A stretch of 64,000 nt of DNA, taken from positions 57,724,001 to 57,788,000 of the forward strand of contig NC_086108.1 in the NCBI RefSeq assembly GCF_963921235.1, read 5' to 3'. Below the pieces are notes generated by a model, which saw nothing but the letters and a program-made list of their open reading frames with translations, was not told the origin of the DNA and searched no databases. The stretch comes from Mobula hypostoma. Its lineage: Eukaryota. The translations under genes and the position numbers were made by a program. This document shows, one piece after another, positions 41,932 to 55,644 of the stretch (the first letter of the stretch is position 1; every line of letters starts with the position of its first letter).

Positions 41932-42983
41932 TGTGATATAAAGGTAATACAAAATAGCATTAAGTTTCGGCAAAATATTTCTAAGAATGCGCTTTAGTGG
42001 AGAGTTAATTGAAAAGCTCTTATCAACTGCAGAATAAAAGCCTGAAGCCTAAAACCTGCCCGCAGTACCATTCTGCATCTGTGAGGATGATAACCACCTG
42101 AATGTGTACGGCACAATGAGGCAATCTGGAGAAATGAATAACATAATACTCAAATTGCATATGTGAGCTAAACTTGAGAAATAATGGTTAGGAAGCAGAG
42201 ATGATTTATGCACTTGTTCTAATTTATTCAGGGGATGCAGATGTCTCCAGTAATACCAGCATTTATTATCCAATTTAATTGACCCCAATAATGCATTTAA
42301 TCTTCAACCACAATGGTGAATCTGGAATTGAATATAGGCTGAACTGTTTAAGGGCTCCAGATCTGAAGGAAATTAATGAATCAATTGAAGATTTACGACA
42401 ATCCTATAGTGTTGTGGCTACCTTTACCACTATCAGCTTTTCCAGGGTATGGAATTTAAATTCCTCACCCACTACAGTGGGATTTGCACTGACATTTCCT
42501 GATCACTGCTCCAAATCAATGTGTCACTCTGAATGAAGGCAATGAAAATGATTTTGGTTTACAACATCCTAAGTCACTCATGAAACTCCTCAAAAGGAGA
42601 GGCTTCCTCATTGTTTAGATTGTGCATTTAGAAATTCAACGTGATGGGTACTGATATTTGTCGCAATACAATCTTCTGTCAAAATATGACCTTTCTTCAA
42701 TGTTTTCCTGGGAGGAGGATGATGGGGCAGGCATAATGTTCATGGTAGGTGGGTGGGTGGGTGAGAACATTTGATCAATGATCCAAGCATTCTATGTGCA
42801 GCTTTGGCATGCAAAATATCAGGACTTCGTCATTTCCTGGGCAGGTTGTACCAAGCAGAAAATGCCGGCCAGATCACAATAACCTGCACTAAGTGGATTC
42901 ATTAATGACTCTCCAAAAGACACAGAAAAACTTAATGTAACACTCTAGGGATGCTATCTCCCTTGATTTCAAATGAATATACA

Positions 42984-42989
42984 TTTATT
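42984..42989 (-). terminator. Polyadenylation signal AATAAA for the candidate last exon
   Basis: AATAAA about 235 nt after the stop; downstream GT/T-rich tract (GTGTTACATTAAGTTTTTCTGTGT) at about 42920-42945. Confidence 0.45.
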
Positions 42990-43223
42990 TAAACTAGGAG
43001 TCATCTTTATAAGGAGACAGCAGAAGAGCCCTTTTTATCCAACATAGTTAGCTGCTCATACTCATCTAACTAAAAGGCTAAAATGCTAATTTATCATAAA
43101 AAATGCTTTATACAAATAAAATCGTTACCATCCACAATCACATGAGTGTATTTACAAAAAGGCTTAACTGTTTAAATGAAGTACTGCTATGTTAATTGTA
43201 ATCTTGAATTACTCATGCATTGG

Positions 43224-43321
43224 TTATTGTTGGTCAATATCTTGCATCCTCAGACTTTGTTTCTGGGTATACTCAGGAGCTGGCATGCTGAGTGCGGTCC
43301 AATCACTTATCACTTGGATTC
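43224..43321 (-). CDS. Probable terminal coding exon of an unidentified host gene: (x)IQVISDWTALSMPAPEYTQKQSLRMQDIDQQ*
   Basis: Acceptor tcttgtttatattccag|G, phase 1, 31 open codons to TAA, unique non-TE sequence, poly(A) signal downstream. Confidence 0.55.
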
Positions 43322-43794
43322 CTGGAATATAAACAAGATGTGAGGAATACCAAGAGATTATAGAGAATTCACTGGTTGGAGAATCAATGTTAATGTTTAA
43401 TCAAAAAGGTGTCCTCTGCTTCAGTTACAGGACCAGCAATCTTGAAACATGACCTAACAAATGGCCAAAAATCCCAATTTGGTATCTGAACAATTAAATT
43501 CAGTTAATTGAATAATTTGCAATTGGAGAAAATAACCTCACCTCAGGAACTCAGCAACTTCTAACTGAAGTACTGAGTTGTTCAAAAGGTTCATAAATAC
43601 CTTTGAGGCAAGGGAGTCAGCTGCTGTACCTGTTCTGCTGTGAACCCAGCAAAATACTCAATTCTTGATTGCCCTGTGAAGTTGTTCACCAAGCATTTTG
43701 TGTATAAATACCATAAAATACAAATAAAAATGAAGCCAGTACAACCAACTGAAATGGCCCAGACACCAACTTTGAGTAGGGCAAAGTAACACCA

Positions 43795-44060
43795 GGTCCG
43801 AAATAGAAATAGATAATACTGGAACTAGTCAGTCCTAGATAGTATCTGTGAGGGGGAAAAACAGAGATAACATTTCACTTTAAAGACTTTTCATCAGAAT
43901 AAGGAAAGATTAGAAAGTGAACATGCTTTAAATCGTGGAGACGGGTCGGTGAGTGGTAAATGACTGATGGAATGACTATGAGAAGGTGGAGCCAGGGTGA
44001 CACTGAATAGCAGAAGTAGTACTGTTGCAGGCTGAAAGTGAGTGATGCAAGTGTTGTAGC
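43795..44060 (-). mobile_element. Highly decayed Penelope pseudo-LTR fragment
   Basis: Reverse strand CTGATGAAAAGTCTTTAAAGTGAAATGTTATCTCTG followed by a CAGATACT...CCAGTATT remnant. Confidence 0.45.
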
Positions 44061-44559
44061 TGTGGCTGGTATGCCTGCAGCAGCTGTCATCTTACTGAGA
44101 ACAGCCGAATAATGTATGGCCTGGTGAGCTAAATCTGGTAACTCCTATCTGATAGCTAAATACAGGGCGTCTATGAGTTGCAGCAGCAGAATTGTACTTC
44201 ATTTCAGTTAGAAACCTAATGATATTGCATATTAGTTGCTACTCAGTTGTACCAGAATGGTTATATTGAAATGGAGAAGGGGAAAAAAAATCAAACTGTC
44301 CACAAACTGTCCATCCGTCGTCAGTATAGACATGGAATATAAATGCAACAAAGTTGGTCCCTGTGTTTAATCAAAAGGTAATTGGGAATGGCAGAATAAC
44401 AATGAACAACTGTTGTATGGAGGAGAAAATAAGGATCTGGTTTTCAAAAATATTCTCATTAAGTTTAGAAGACTCTAAAGTGATGAGCTTCATTAAGGCT
44501 GAGAACAGAGGTCATCAACCCAGCTCTCTTGCCCCTGTTTTTCCCCTGTGCTCATCCCT

Positions 44560-45527
44560 CCCATTTTTTCCTTTCCCCCACCCATCTTCCCTCCCCCCCT
44601 CTCTGCATTCCGCAGGGATCGCTCCCTACACAACTCCCTTGTCCATTCGTCCCCCCCATCCCTCCCCACTGATCTCCCTCCTGGCACTTATCCGTGTAAG
44701 CGGAACAAGTGCTACACATGCCCTTACACTTCCTCCCTTACCACCATTCAGGGCCCCAAACAGTCCTTCCAGGTGAGGCATCACTTCACCTGTGAGTCGA
44801 CTGGGGTGATATACTGCGTCCGGTGCTCCCGATGTGGCCTTTTATATATTGGTGAGACCCGACGCAGACTGGGAGACCGCTTTGCTGAACATCTACGCTC
44901 TGTCCGCCAGAGAAAGCAGGATCTCCCAGTGGCCACACATTTTAATTCCACATCCCATTCCCATTCTGACATGTCTATCCACGGCCTCCTCTACTGTAAA
45001 GATGAAGCCACACTCAGGTTGGAGGAACAACACCTTATATTCCGTCTGGGTAGCCTCCAACCTGATGGCATGAACATCGACTTCTCTAACTTCCGCTAGG
45101 CCCCACCTCCTCCTCGTACCCCATCTGTTACTCATTTTTATGCACACATTCTTTCTCTCACTCTCCTTTTTCTCCTTCTGTCCCTCTGAATATACCTCTT
45201 GCCCATCCTCTGGGTAACCCCCCCCCCATCTTTCTTCCCGGACCTCCTGTCCCATGATCCTCTTGCATCCCCTTTTGCCTATCACCTGTCCAGCTCTCGG
45301 CTCTATCCCTCCCCCTCCTGTCTTCTCCTATCATTTTGCATCTCCCCCTCCCCCTCCAACTTTCAAATCCCTTACTCACTCTTCCTTCAGTTAGTCCTGA
45401 TGAAGGGTCTCGGCCTGAAACGTCGACTGCGCCTCTTCCTACAGATGCTGCTTGGCCTGCTGCGTTCACCAGCAACTTTGATGTGTGTTGCTTGAATTTC
45501 CAGCATCTGCAGAATTCCTGTTGTTTG
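44560..45527 (+). mobile_element. Young Penelope-like element 3' end with uninterrupted GIY-YIG endonuclease frame and pseudo-LTR
   Basis: ORF 44548-45099: CKRNKCYTC, GVIYCVRCSRCGLLYIGETRRRLGDRFAEH, VATHFN, PDGMN; ends ...CAGCATCTGCAGAATTCCTGTTGTTTG. Confidence 0.93.
45393..45428 (+). ncRNA. Minimal type I hammerhead ribozyme motif
   Basis: AGTC-CTGATGA-AGGGTCTCGGCCT-GAAA-CG-TC-GACT; stem I AGTC/GACT, ACGT palindromic stem III, predicted cleavage after C45424. Confidence 0.8.
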
Positions 45528-45769
45528 CATTTAAACCCACCCCTTTCATGCTGTCTTGCATCTTTCTCCCTCATTCTGCATTTGTATTTTCACAATATCT
45601 GATCTTGTGTGGACATACTTTCCTTCTGTTGTGATTTGATGGTCAATATTCTCCAAACAGACTGCTGTCCCTTTCAGTGCTTTTATGTTATGTCCTTTCA
45701 TTCTTGCCCAAGCCATACTACCCCTTCTTCCCAATGACAATACTGAATTCCTGCAGAAATTATTTCTAT

Positions 45770-46960
45770 TACCTTAATACAGTCAGCTGCCTTCTTGAAT
45801 TGCTACAGTTCTTGGCTTGAGGGTACTCCCACAATGCTGCCAGATAGAAAGTTCCAGGATTTTGACATGCTGTTGATGAAAGAATTCATTTACAGTAACA
45901 GCCCTGGTGTGTGACTTGAAGAAGAACTTGCAGATGGAAGTGTTCCTGTGTGCCTGCTCTCCTTGTAACTGGTGGAGGGTGTGGATTTGAGAGGCAAGAC
46001 AAAGAAACCCATTTGCAGTGTTTCATTGATGGTGCACAACTGCAACTACAGAGCCTAAAGTGAGTATTTTCTGGATGGGTACTAATATCACTTGATAGAA
46101 CATACAATAATATTTGATAGTAGACTTGTGGGACAATCACTGGAGTGGATTTGTACCTAGTTTTGTTAGCAGGGCAATTTTCCACATTCCCTTGTAGATG
46201 TCCATAAGACTATAAGAATAGGAGCAGAATTAGATCATTTGGCCCATTAAGTCTTCTCTGCCATTCAATCATGGTTGAGTTATTTTCCTTCTCAACCTCC
46301 TTATCCTGCCTTTTCTCCATATGTGAAAAAACAAGGCCAATTTATGGTTTGGGTTTAGCACTGCGATGTTGTCATAGTTCAGTGCAACAGTTATTTCTTT
46401 ACACGTATGAGGGAATTAGACTTATTTTATGACAGTGGTCTCCTCATGGAGATAAAGGTGATTACTTGTCACTCATTCCAGAAGTTGCATCTTTCATTTT
46501 TCTATTTTTGCAACTGTTTGCTAACCTGTGCTGTTGTTGTATATGGAGTCGTTCATGGCATCTCCTCTTTTTGTTAGAGATTTAATTGACCATCGCTGCT
46601 CTTGACTGCATATGAATGCTCTGCCGGAGTTGATCTGACGTCTATTGCAGGCTGATTATGTTCCTTACCATGCATGCAGCTTCACCAGGTTTGAACCTCA
46701 GTTTTAGGTCTGGCTCTTGCTGCTGCTAGCATGTTCCTTTTATGTTGCTCATCAGAACCGGTTTTGCCTCTGTCTTGCTTGGTTCCGTAGAGCAAACTTG
46801 AGTCATGGAGTTATAGATTGTGTTGGGCTAGAATAGTTTTGCATCTGCTGGTCTAAAGCGGCCCACAGATGTTCAGTTTTAAGCTGTTGAATCTGTTATT
46901 AATTTGACCCATTTAGTAGAGTAGTAATGCTGTATGAAGAACACACAACCTCGCTACTCT
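45770..46960 (-). mobile_element. Old LINE (L2/CR1-group) 3' fragment with a short CR1 tail insert at about 46203-46320
   Basis: GAGGGTACTCCCACAATGCTG...GTTCCAGGATTTTGAC and GGGCAATTTTCCACATT motifs; insert begins CATAAGACTATAAGAATAGGAGCAGAATTAG. Confidence 0.45.
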
Positions 46961-47094
46961 CATGGAGATACTTAGTTAACTTTTCAATTTTTTATTAGTC
47001 AGGAAAGATCTCCTCGAACATAAGCATGCTGGCCTTCCTTGATTCTTGTTGTAGTTTAATATAATTGAAGCCTTTGCAGAGGGTCATTTAATAC

Positions 47095-47268
47095 AGTCAT
47101 AAAAAAGTCCAGTACAGAAACAGGCCCATCAGCCCATCTGGGCTATACTGAGCCATTTAAACTACCTACTCCTATTGACCTGCACAGGGATGATAGCCCT
47201 CCATACCCTACCATCCATATGTCTATCCAAACTTGTCTTAAACATTGAAATCGAGCTCACTTGCACCA
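47095..47268 (-). mobile_element. CR1 3' tail fragment
   Basis: CAGTACAGAAACAGGCCC...CCCTCCATACCCTACCATCCAT. Confidence 0.65.
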
Positions 47269-47834
47269 TTTTGTTATCAATATGGAATCATGTACAGATT
47301 AGACTAGTTATGAATTGTTAATTCATTCTCCAAAGGACATTGTTGAACCAAATAGGGTTTTATGATTATCTGATGGCAGACTTTTAAAATTCTGATCCTT
47401 TATTTAAACTATACTAAAATTAAATTCCTTAATATTTTATTATATTTGAAACAGTATTTCTTAGACTGAGTCTCTGGATTATTTATCTTATAGCAAAAGC
47501 ACCGTTCTACCACTGTGAAACTGTGTGTTTATTCATCTTTGTAGTTTCTCTGTAGCAATTACTCCACAATTTCTCCTTTTCCACTCTGTAGGACTTCTCT
47601 CATGGTTTTACTCCTGCTTTCTGAAGGTAGCCAAAATGTAATCAGCAGTAGTATGTCTTAACCTCATTGTTTCTAAATAGCCATGCACTATTCTCTGCAT
47701 TCTCTTTCTACAAGCTGCTCCTCAGTGACATCAGCGGTAGGTAGGAGGTGTACTGATGTATTTTTCCCAACTATTTTCCTCAGCTCAGTGGCTATCTCTT
47801 TTACTGACACGTACAGTGAATTTAAGATCACTGG

Positions 47835-48090
47835 TGTTCAAAGGTTCATTTTATTATCAAAGCACGTACACAACTCTGAGATTTGTCTTCTCCAGATAGC
47901 CATGAAATACAGAAAAACCATGGAAGTAATTGAAAGAAAAGACATCAATGCCCCCCCCACACAAAAAAGATAAAGAAACAAAACCTGCAAACCCCCAATC
48001 CCCCAACTCCTTCCTCCCGACCTCCGGCCCGACACAGCCTTTGTGGAGAGCAAACCCAGTCTCCTCTGCATTCACCTCAATGTTCAAGTT
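47835..48090 (-). mobile_element. SINE/LINE 3' tail fragment (Rex-type tail)
   Basis: TTCAAAGGTTCATTTTATTATCAAAG...CAACTCTGAGATTTGTCTTCT. Confidence 0.4.
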
Positions 48091-48824
48091 CCCGTAGTGT
48101 TAGCCTCACTTCATATCACCCATATTCTCCTTTACATTCCTTCCAATGTTTTACCTTTGCTTATTCTACCCCATCTTCTGTCCAGTATTGCTGGCATACC
48201 CTTCAGCCTAAGCTCTGTCTTTTTAATTTTATTCTCCACTCTCAAGCTTTCTTGAAACAGTACTATTTGTACCAAGCTTTTAATATTTCTTATAATTTTT
48301 ATTAATGGATTGGTGTTCAATAATTGATCTTATTTATATTGTACCTCTTCATGTAAAACATTGTAAATTGTTTTACAATGGAGCACTTTTTTCAGTTAAA
48401 TACACATGATTGTTATAGTAGCTTTTTTACATGCAACTCCAGCAAATAAAGGACATTGCACAAGTAGAAGAAGCAGCTATGAGTTAATTGGACTGAATTA
48501 CTTAATAGAAGAAGACACAAAATCTTGCTTAAATGACTTAAATGAATATCCTCAACACAATACAAATAAACTTCACATATTTATGACATTATTCATTTAT
48601 ATGATGTTTAATATTGAATATAATTATATTGAAGCACACCTAAATAACATTTAAGAAAATTCTTCTGGACTAAAGAAAAATGTGCTAGTAATTTGGCCAT
48701 GGTTGTATTTTCATTGGGTCAGATATCTTCTAAGCCCATTATAACTTGCCTATGTGTATAACTTGCCCATTTTGCCATAACTTGTCCTATGAAGGTTGAA
48801 TGAAATAATTCTTCATCATCCTTG

Positions 48825-49020
48825 TCATAGATTCATAGAGCCATAGAACATTACAGCACAGAAACAGACCCTTTGGTCCATCTGGTCAATGCCAGCCTTT
48901 CTTCTGTCTAGTCCCATCTACCTGCACTTAGACCAAAGCCTTCAATACCTTTCTCATCCAAGTTACAACTGATCTCGCATCTACCACTTCCACTGGCAGT
49001 CTGTTCCGCACACGCTAGCA
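48825..49020 (-). mobile_element. CR1 3' tail fragment
   Basis: CATAGATTCATAGAGCCATAGAACATTACAGCACAGAAACAG tail. Confidence 0.7.
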
Positions 49021-49949
49021 ATTTCAATAGTAATGTGATTGTAGGTTTCCAGATGCCAAGCATGTGATGATATTTGGTATGCTGGCTGCAAAGTTCTAAA
49101 TTCAAATGAAGACCTTAAGCTCTATCAGATATAAATAGCCATGAGTGCTCTCACTAAAGGGAGATAATGCTGTAACTACCGAAACTTAAAGGACTGGTTC
49201 ACTTCCCTGCTTATTCTCCACAGTGAGTTTAACTGCCGATACCTATTATTGAGTGGTAGGTCCTCCCTCTCCAGCAAGGAGAAGATACTTCCAGGTAACA
49301 AAGTAATTTAAAACACAGTTCATTTATTTTCAGCTATACATGTTTAAATCCAAACAACATTCTTAAACACATTTAAGACTCTCAACGGATTTGTATCTTA
49401 AACATTTCCAAGTTACAAACCATTCCTAAAACAGAAGGGATTTGCAAAATACAAGTACAATCCTATAATCTAAAAAGACGTACCAACAATACAGATTAAT
49501 AAATTGTCCATCACAGATATTGAAGCCAGAGGAATGAATTTGAGTTCAGCCCAGGTTTCTTTCATGTTCCTTATCTCAGTTCCAATAAGCTTGAACTGCT
49601 CTCTACATTTATACTGTTTCTTTGCCACTTGGGTGTCCTGACATGCAAGTGATATTTCTTCAGATATCTTTTTTACACAAAAGGTCTAAAAGCCTCTTGG
49701 ACTCACAGACCCCAGATATCCCCAAACAAGTTTGTTTCAAATGTTTTTATTGTGAAGCAAAATCAGCTTAATCACAACCGTCAATGTCCTAAAGTACAAT
49801 GCTTCTTTTTCTTTCTTATAACAACATAATGAAAATCAAATGAATGTATGTATAGTAAACAAGCAAAAAGCAAAAGAAACCCTACCAACACATCTCCTTT
49901 CCCCTTCCCAGCCCTTCCCTCCCCTCACCCCTCCCGTATGTGCTGTTTA

Positions 49950-52900
49950 GGTCCTACCGGCCCCCACACTTAGTTCAGCTGTCAGTCTCTTCTAAGTACA
50001 ACAGTAATGGTTGCCAGATTTTTTCAAATTCCTTGAGTCTGTCCTTGATAACGTATCTTATCCTCTCTAGATGCAGAGTATCCATTAATGTAGCCAGCCA
50101 TTGTCTGAGTGATGGAGTTTCCTCCTTTTCCAGAACGTCAGTATGAGTTTCTTTCCATTAAGTATGCCATAGGTCAGGAGTTGTTGCTGGGTAGCCTGGA
50201 ATTTATTTCACCTCGCAGAAATTCCAGAAATTATTAAAATAGGGTCTGGTATTATCTGAACCTTTAGTACCTTCAATAGGATCTCAAATATTTGCTTCCA
50301 ATACTCTTGTATCCTGGAACATAAAGCATAACTATGCAACAAATTTGCCTCTGTGGACTTGCATTTCTCACACATTGGGGACACCTCTGGGAATATTTTA
50401 TGAATTCTTACTTTTGAATGATGTAGTCTATGTAGGATTTAAAATTGTATTGAACAATACCTGGCATTGATGGAACAGGAATTAACATACTCCAAAGCCT
50501 CATTCCATATAACCTCCTCTATCTCTGTACCCAACTCCTTTTCCCACTCTTTTTTAATATTATCCATTGTTGTATGACACTTTTTTTGTATGGCATCATA
50601 CAGATAGGCGATGATGTGTTCCGTCCCTAAACATGATCTTACATGATTATCTAATTTATCGGGTTCTGCCATCTCAAAACCAGAAAGATGTGATCTTATA
50701 TAGTGTCTTAGCTGGAGATACCTGAAAAAATAACTCTCTTGCAATCCAAATTTATCCTGGAGCTGCCGAAATGACGCAGAAGTCCCTTGTATGTATAAGT
50801 CTCCAATGCTGCATATCCCTAATTCTCGCCATGCATCAAAGGCCCCATCTATACATGAGGGGATAAAAGAGAGGTTCACTGATATAGGTACAAGAAAAGA
50901 TAATGTTCTGAGTTTCAAATGCTTCCCCATTTGTCTCCACATCTGTATGGTGCTATGGATAATGGGATTGCCTCTATAACAGGCTTTATTTAACTGAATA
51001 GGGGACATAATGATTGCCCCTATGGAATATGGTAGGCAATCCTCATGCTCCATCTCCAACCATCCGGGAAGTACAACTGTATCACCTATCCAGTATGCTA
51101 TATGGCTAAAGTTAGCAGCCCAATAATAAAAAATAAAGTTGGGTAGTGCCAGCCCCCCACTAGTCTTATTCTTGCAGAGATGTTCTCTCCTAATTCGATG
51201 GGCTTTATAATTCCATATGAAAGGTAGAATTGTCGAAACTAATCCTTTACAAAAGGTTTTGGTAAGATAGAGGGGCAGGTTCTGAATTAGATAAGGCAGT
51301 TGGGGAAGAAAGATCATCTTGACTGCATTTACTCTACCCACTAAAGAAATTGGGAGTGTCTTCCAAAATTCTATTTCTTTTTAATCTTTTCAATTAGAAG
51401 GATAAAATTTGCTTCAAATAGAGAACGATACTTTTTGGTTATTACAATTCCAAGGTAAGTAAACTTCTCAAGGGTTCTTTTGAATGGAAATTGTTTAAGC
51501 CCCTCCTGTTCTTCTACTTGGACCGGGAATAATTCACTTTTCCCCCAATTAATCTTATACCCCGAGAAAGTGCCAAATAAATTGACTATTTCTAGCAAAA
51601 CTGGTATAGTAATATATGGTTTTGTTACAAACAACCAAAACATTGTCTGCATAAAGGGAAATTTTGTTGATAGTATATTCTGTATTTACCCATAAATTTC
51701 GGGGTGAGAACGTATAGTCTCCGCCAGTGGTTCCAGGGCCAACGCAAACAATAAGGGACTTAATACACAGCCCTGTCTTGTGCCCCTGTGCAAACTGAAT
51801 GGTTCCAAGAGGGTCTGATTAATTAGTATTTTAGCACTAGGGTTACTGTATAGTAGCTTAATCTAAGTTATGAATTTGTCTCCCATTCCAAATTTTTTCA
51901 AAACCTTGTAGAGGTATTGCAATTCCACTTGGTCGAATGCTTTCTCAGTATCTAAACTTAATATTATAAGGTCTTCCTTAGGATGTCTTGGGGAGTGCAT
52001 TATATTAAGAAGGTGCCTGATGTTCTGGAAAGAATTCCTTTGAGGGATAAACCCTGTTTGATCTGAGTGTACCATTTATTTATCGGCTGACTGAGTCCCC
52101 TTGCCAATGTTTTAGCCAAAATTTTCTGATCTGAATTTAGCAGTGAAATCGGCTTATAAGGTCCTACCTCCTCTGGGTCTTTGTCCTTCTTCGGAACAAG
52201 CGTGATAATGGCCTCGTTCAGGGTTTGGGGTAACCTGCCAGTTTCAAACAACTTTCTATACATCCTTACTATATAAGGTGCTAATAAGTCACTATAATTC
52301 TTATAAACTCATTACCTATTCCGTCTGAACCTGGATGCTTGTCATTTTTCAGGGATCTTATTGTTCTTACTATTTCGTCATTTGTAATCTCTGCTCCCAA
52401 AGCCTGACACTCCGTCAGATCGAGTGAAGGTAGCCTACAAGTGTCTAGAAATGTATGCACGCTCGCCGTCAGTACATTAGATTGAGATGCATATAATTTT
52501 TCATAATACTGATGGGATCTTTGATGTCTTTATGTGACATCAAAGGAGCGCCCGAGTCTGATTTAATTTTATGAATGATCACTTTCCAATTTGTGTAACT
52601 GTCTTGCCAGCAATTTGTGCGGTCTCTCACCAAATTCAAAGAAATTCTGTTTTGTAAACACTGCTGTGTACATACATCTATTGATGCTTCTGGAAAGGCT
52701 CTGCACATCCTTTCTGAGAATATTTGGTTAAGTTTGTATTTTAATGCTGAAATTCTGTAGTATTTTTCTGCGGATGGTTGTTGCACATTCTCCATGTCTA
52801 GTTTATGTATTTGTTCTTCTAGTTCTATTTATTCTGCTTTAGTACGTTTCTTTAGGGAAGACTGAAAAGAAATTATACATCCTCTAACATAAGCTTTAAA

Positions 52901-53799
52901 TGTTTCCCATAGTAGTCCTGGGGGTGTTTCACTATTATCATTTGTCTCAAAAAACAATAAAATTTGCGATTCTAAATACTCATGAAATTTTGGGTTTTTA
53001 AGTAGCTGAGGATTAAACCTCCAATTTCTATGTACTTGCATTAATTCACCCAACTCCAGTGAAAAATTAACAGGGCTATGGTCTGAGATGACAACGTTAT
53101 GATACCTTACGTTATCGACTTGTGGCAGTATTTTGCCATCAAGGAGGAAATAGTCAATCCTGGTATATACATTATGAACTGTAGAGTGGAACGAATACTC
53201 TCTCCCTGTTGGGTTGAATAGTCTCCATATCTCTCACAGTTTCATATTGTCTATATATGTTTTCAGCGGGTTACTTGCCTTTGATGATAATGCCCTCTGA
53301 TTGGAAGATCTGTCTAAATATGTATCCAGAACAAAATTAAAATCCCCTCCAATAATCAGGTTAGTGCTGGAGACTCTGGTATCAATCCTAGAACTCATCT
53401 AAAAAATTCCGGGTCATCCCAGTTTGGTCTGTGGATATTCAGTAAGGTAGCTGGCATAGATTGTATTTCCCCAGTAACTATAAAATATCTCCCATACTTT
53501 TCCGCTATTGTTGTTATGTGACGAAATGGAACGTTTCTGCAAATTGTTATTGCCACACCCCTAGATTTCATTGGAAACTTTGAGAAATATATTTGGCCTA
53601 TCCACTTGCCCCTAATTTTACAGTGAGTTTCTTTCTTCAAATGTGTTTCCTGCAAGAAGATCACATTGGCCTGTAGCAATTTTAGGTGAGACAGCACTTT
53701 ACCCCTTTTCAGTGGCTCATTAATCCCATTTACATTCCAGGAACAAAAAGTAATGCGATTTCTTGTCCCCTGACCTCCAACCATCTCTGTATTTAACAT
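49950..53799 (-). pseudogene. L1 ORF2p (APE endonuclease + RT), fragmented
   Basis: SWNVNG, IFLQETH, WRFN...WETFKAYVRG, YKPISLLNSDQKILAK, DQTGFI, SLDTEKAFDQV, FSGYKINWGKS, GRVNAVKM, GGLALPN. Confidence 0.9.
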
Positions 53800-55644
53800 C
53801 TGTATGATAATGTTTTTGATCTGTTCTGGGCCTTGTTAGTCGATCGGTCATTAGAAATGAATGGACCCTAAACAGCACTCTCTTACCCCTGACCCTCCCT
53901 CCCCCCACAACCCCCATCACCCTTGAAAGCTTGAAATAACCAACAAAAAAAATCCATATCTCCATTCACAAATACACCTAGTCAAAACTCTGGGAATAGC
54001 TTCTTGATCTCTAACACTTCTCTGAACCAATTTAGTAGCTCCCCAGTTACATAGATGGTCACAAAGCCAAATTTGGCATCAGAATGAAAAAACTGAGAAA
54101 AACTAGCAAACAGAGATTATCGAGATGTTAAAGTAAGTGTGATTCTCAAAGCTATAACTTACTCTTGCACCAGCAAGTCTAGCACCATTAACAACATACT
54201 CTTCATACAACACCAGTTTAGACCAACTCTTATTGCTATCTATGCACTCATAGGGCCTTAATCCGACACAGTACAATCCAAATATAGAGTGGCATCAAAG
54301 GTTTGGGCACCCCTGCTCAAAATTTCTGTTACTGTGAATAGCTAAGCGAGTAAAAGATGAACTGATTTCCAAAAAGCATAAAATTAAAGATGTCACATTT
54401 ATTTAATATTTTGAGCAAGAAAACTTATTTATTTCCATCTTTTACAGTTTCAAAATAACAAAAAAGGAAAAGGGCCGGAAGCAAATGTTTGGGCACCCTG
54501 CATGGCAGTACTTAGTAACACCCACCTTGGCAAGTATCACAGCTTGTAAATACTTTTTGTAGCCAGCTAAGAGTATTTCAATTCTTGTTCGGGGGATTTT
54601 CGCCCATTCTTCCTTGCAAAAGGCTTCTAGTTCTGCGAGATTCTTGGGCCGTCTTGCATGCACTGCTCTTTTGAGGTCTATCCACAGATTCTCGATGATG
54701 TTTAGCTCAGGGGACTATGAGGGCCATGGCAAAACCTTCAGCTTGTGTCTCTTGAGGTAGTCCATTGTGGATTTTGAGGTGTGTTTAGGTTCGTTATCCT
54801 ATTGTAGAAGCCATCCCCTTTCCAACGGGACATCAACTGTCTCGACTTCACCGCACCTTGTTCCAATTCCAACCTCACTCCTTCCAAACGCTCTGCTCTC
54901 CACTCCCTCCACACTAATCCTAACCTTACTATAAAACCCGCCGATAAGCGGGGTGCTGTTGTAGTCTGGCGTAATGACCTCTACCTTGCCGAGGCTCAGC
55001 GACAACTCACGGATACCTCCTCTTACTTAACCCTCGATCATGACCCCACTAAGGAGCACCAGGCCATTGTCTCCCACACTATCACCAACTTTATCCGCTC
55101 AGGGGATCTCCTATCCACTGCTACCAACCTTATAGTTCCCACACCCTGCACTTCCCGTTTCTACCTCCTACCCAAGATCCACAAACCTGCTTGTCCAGGT
55201 AGATCCATTGTCTCAGCTTGCTCCTGCCCCACTGAACTCATTTCTGCATACCTTGACACGGTTTTATCACCCCTTGTTCAATCCCTTCCTACCTATGTTC
55301 ATGACATTCTCATGCTCTGAAACTTTTCGATGATTTTAAGTTTCCTGGCCCCCACTGCTTTATTTTCACCGTGGATGTCCAGTCCCTATATACTTCCATC
55401 CCCCATCAGGAAGGTCTCAAAGCTCTACGCTTTTTGGATTCCGGACCTAACCAGTTCCCCTCTACCACCACTCTGCTTCATCTAGCGAAATTAGTCCTTA
55501 CTCTTAATCATTTCTCCTTTGGCTCCTCCCATGTCCTCCAAACTAAAGGTGTAGCTATGGGCACCCATATGGGTCCTAGCTATGCCTGCCTTTTTGTTGG
55601 CTTTGTGGAAGAATCTATGTTCCAAACCTATTCTGGTATCTGTC

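Noticed and set aside
43541..43700. Upstream exon for the 43321 acceptor (GAG|GTGAGG donor)
   Set aside because: The phase-compatible frame has an in-frame TGA just before the donor
48740..48792. Three ATAACTTG(C/T)C repeats
   Set aside because: Very short irregular tandem duplication, not a CRISPR array or satellite
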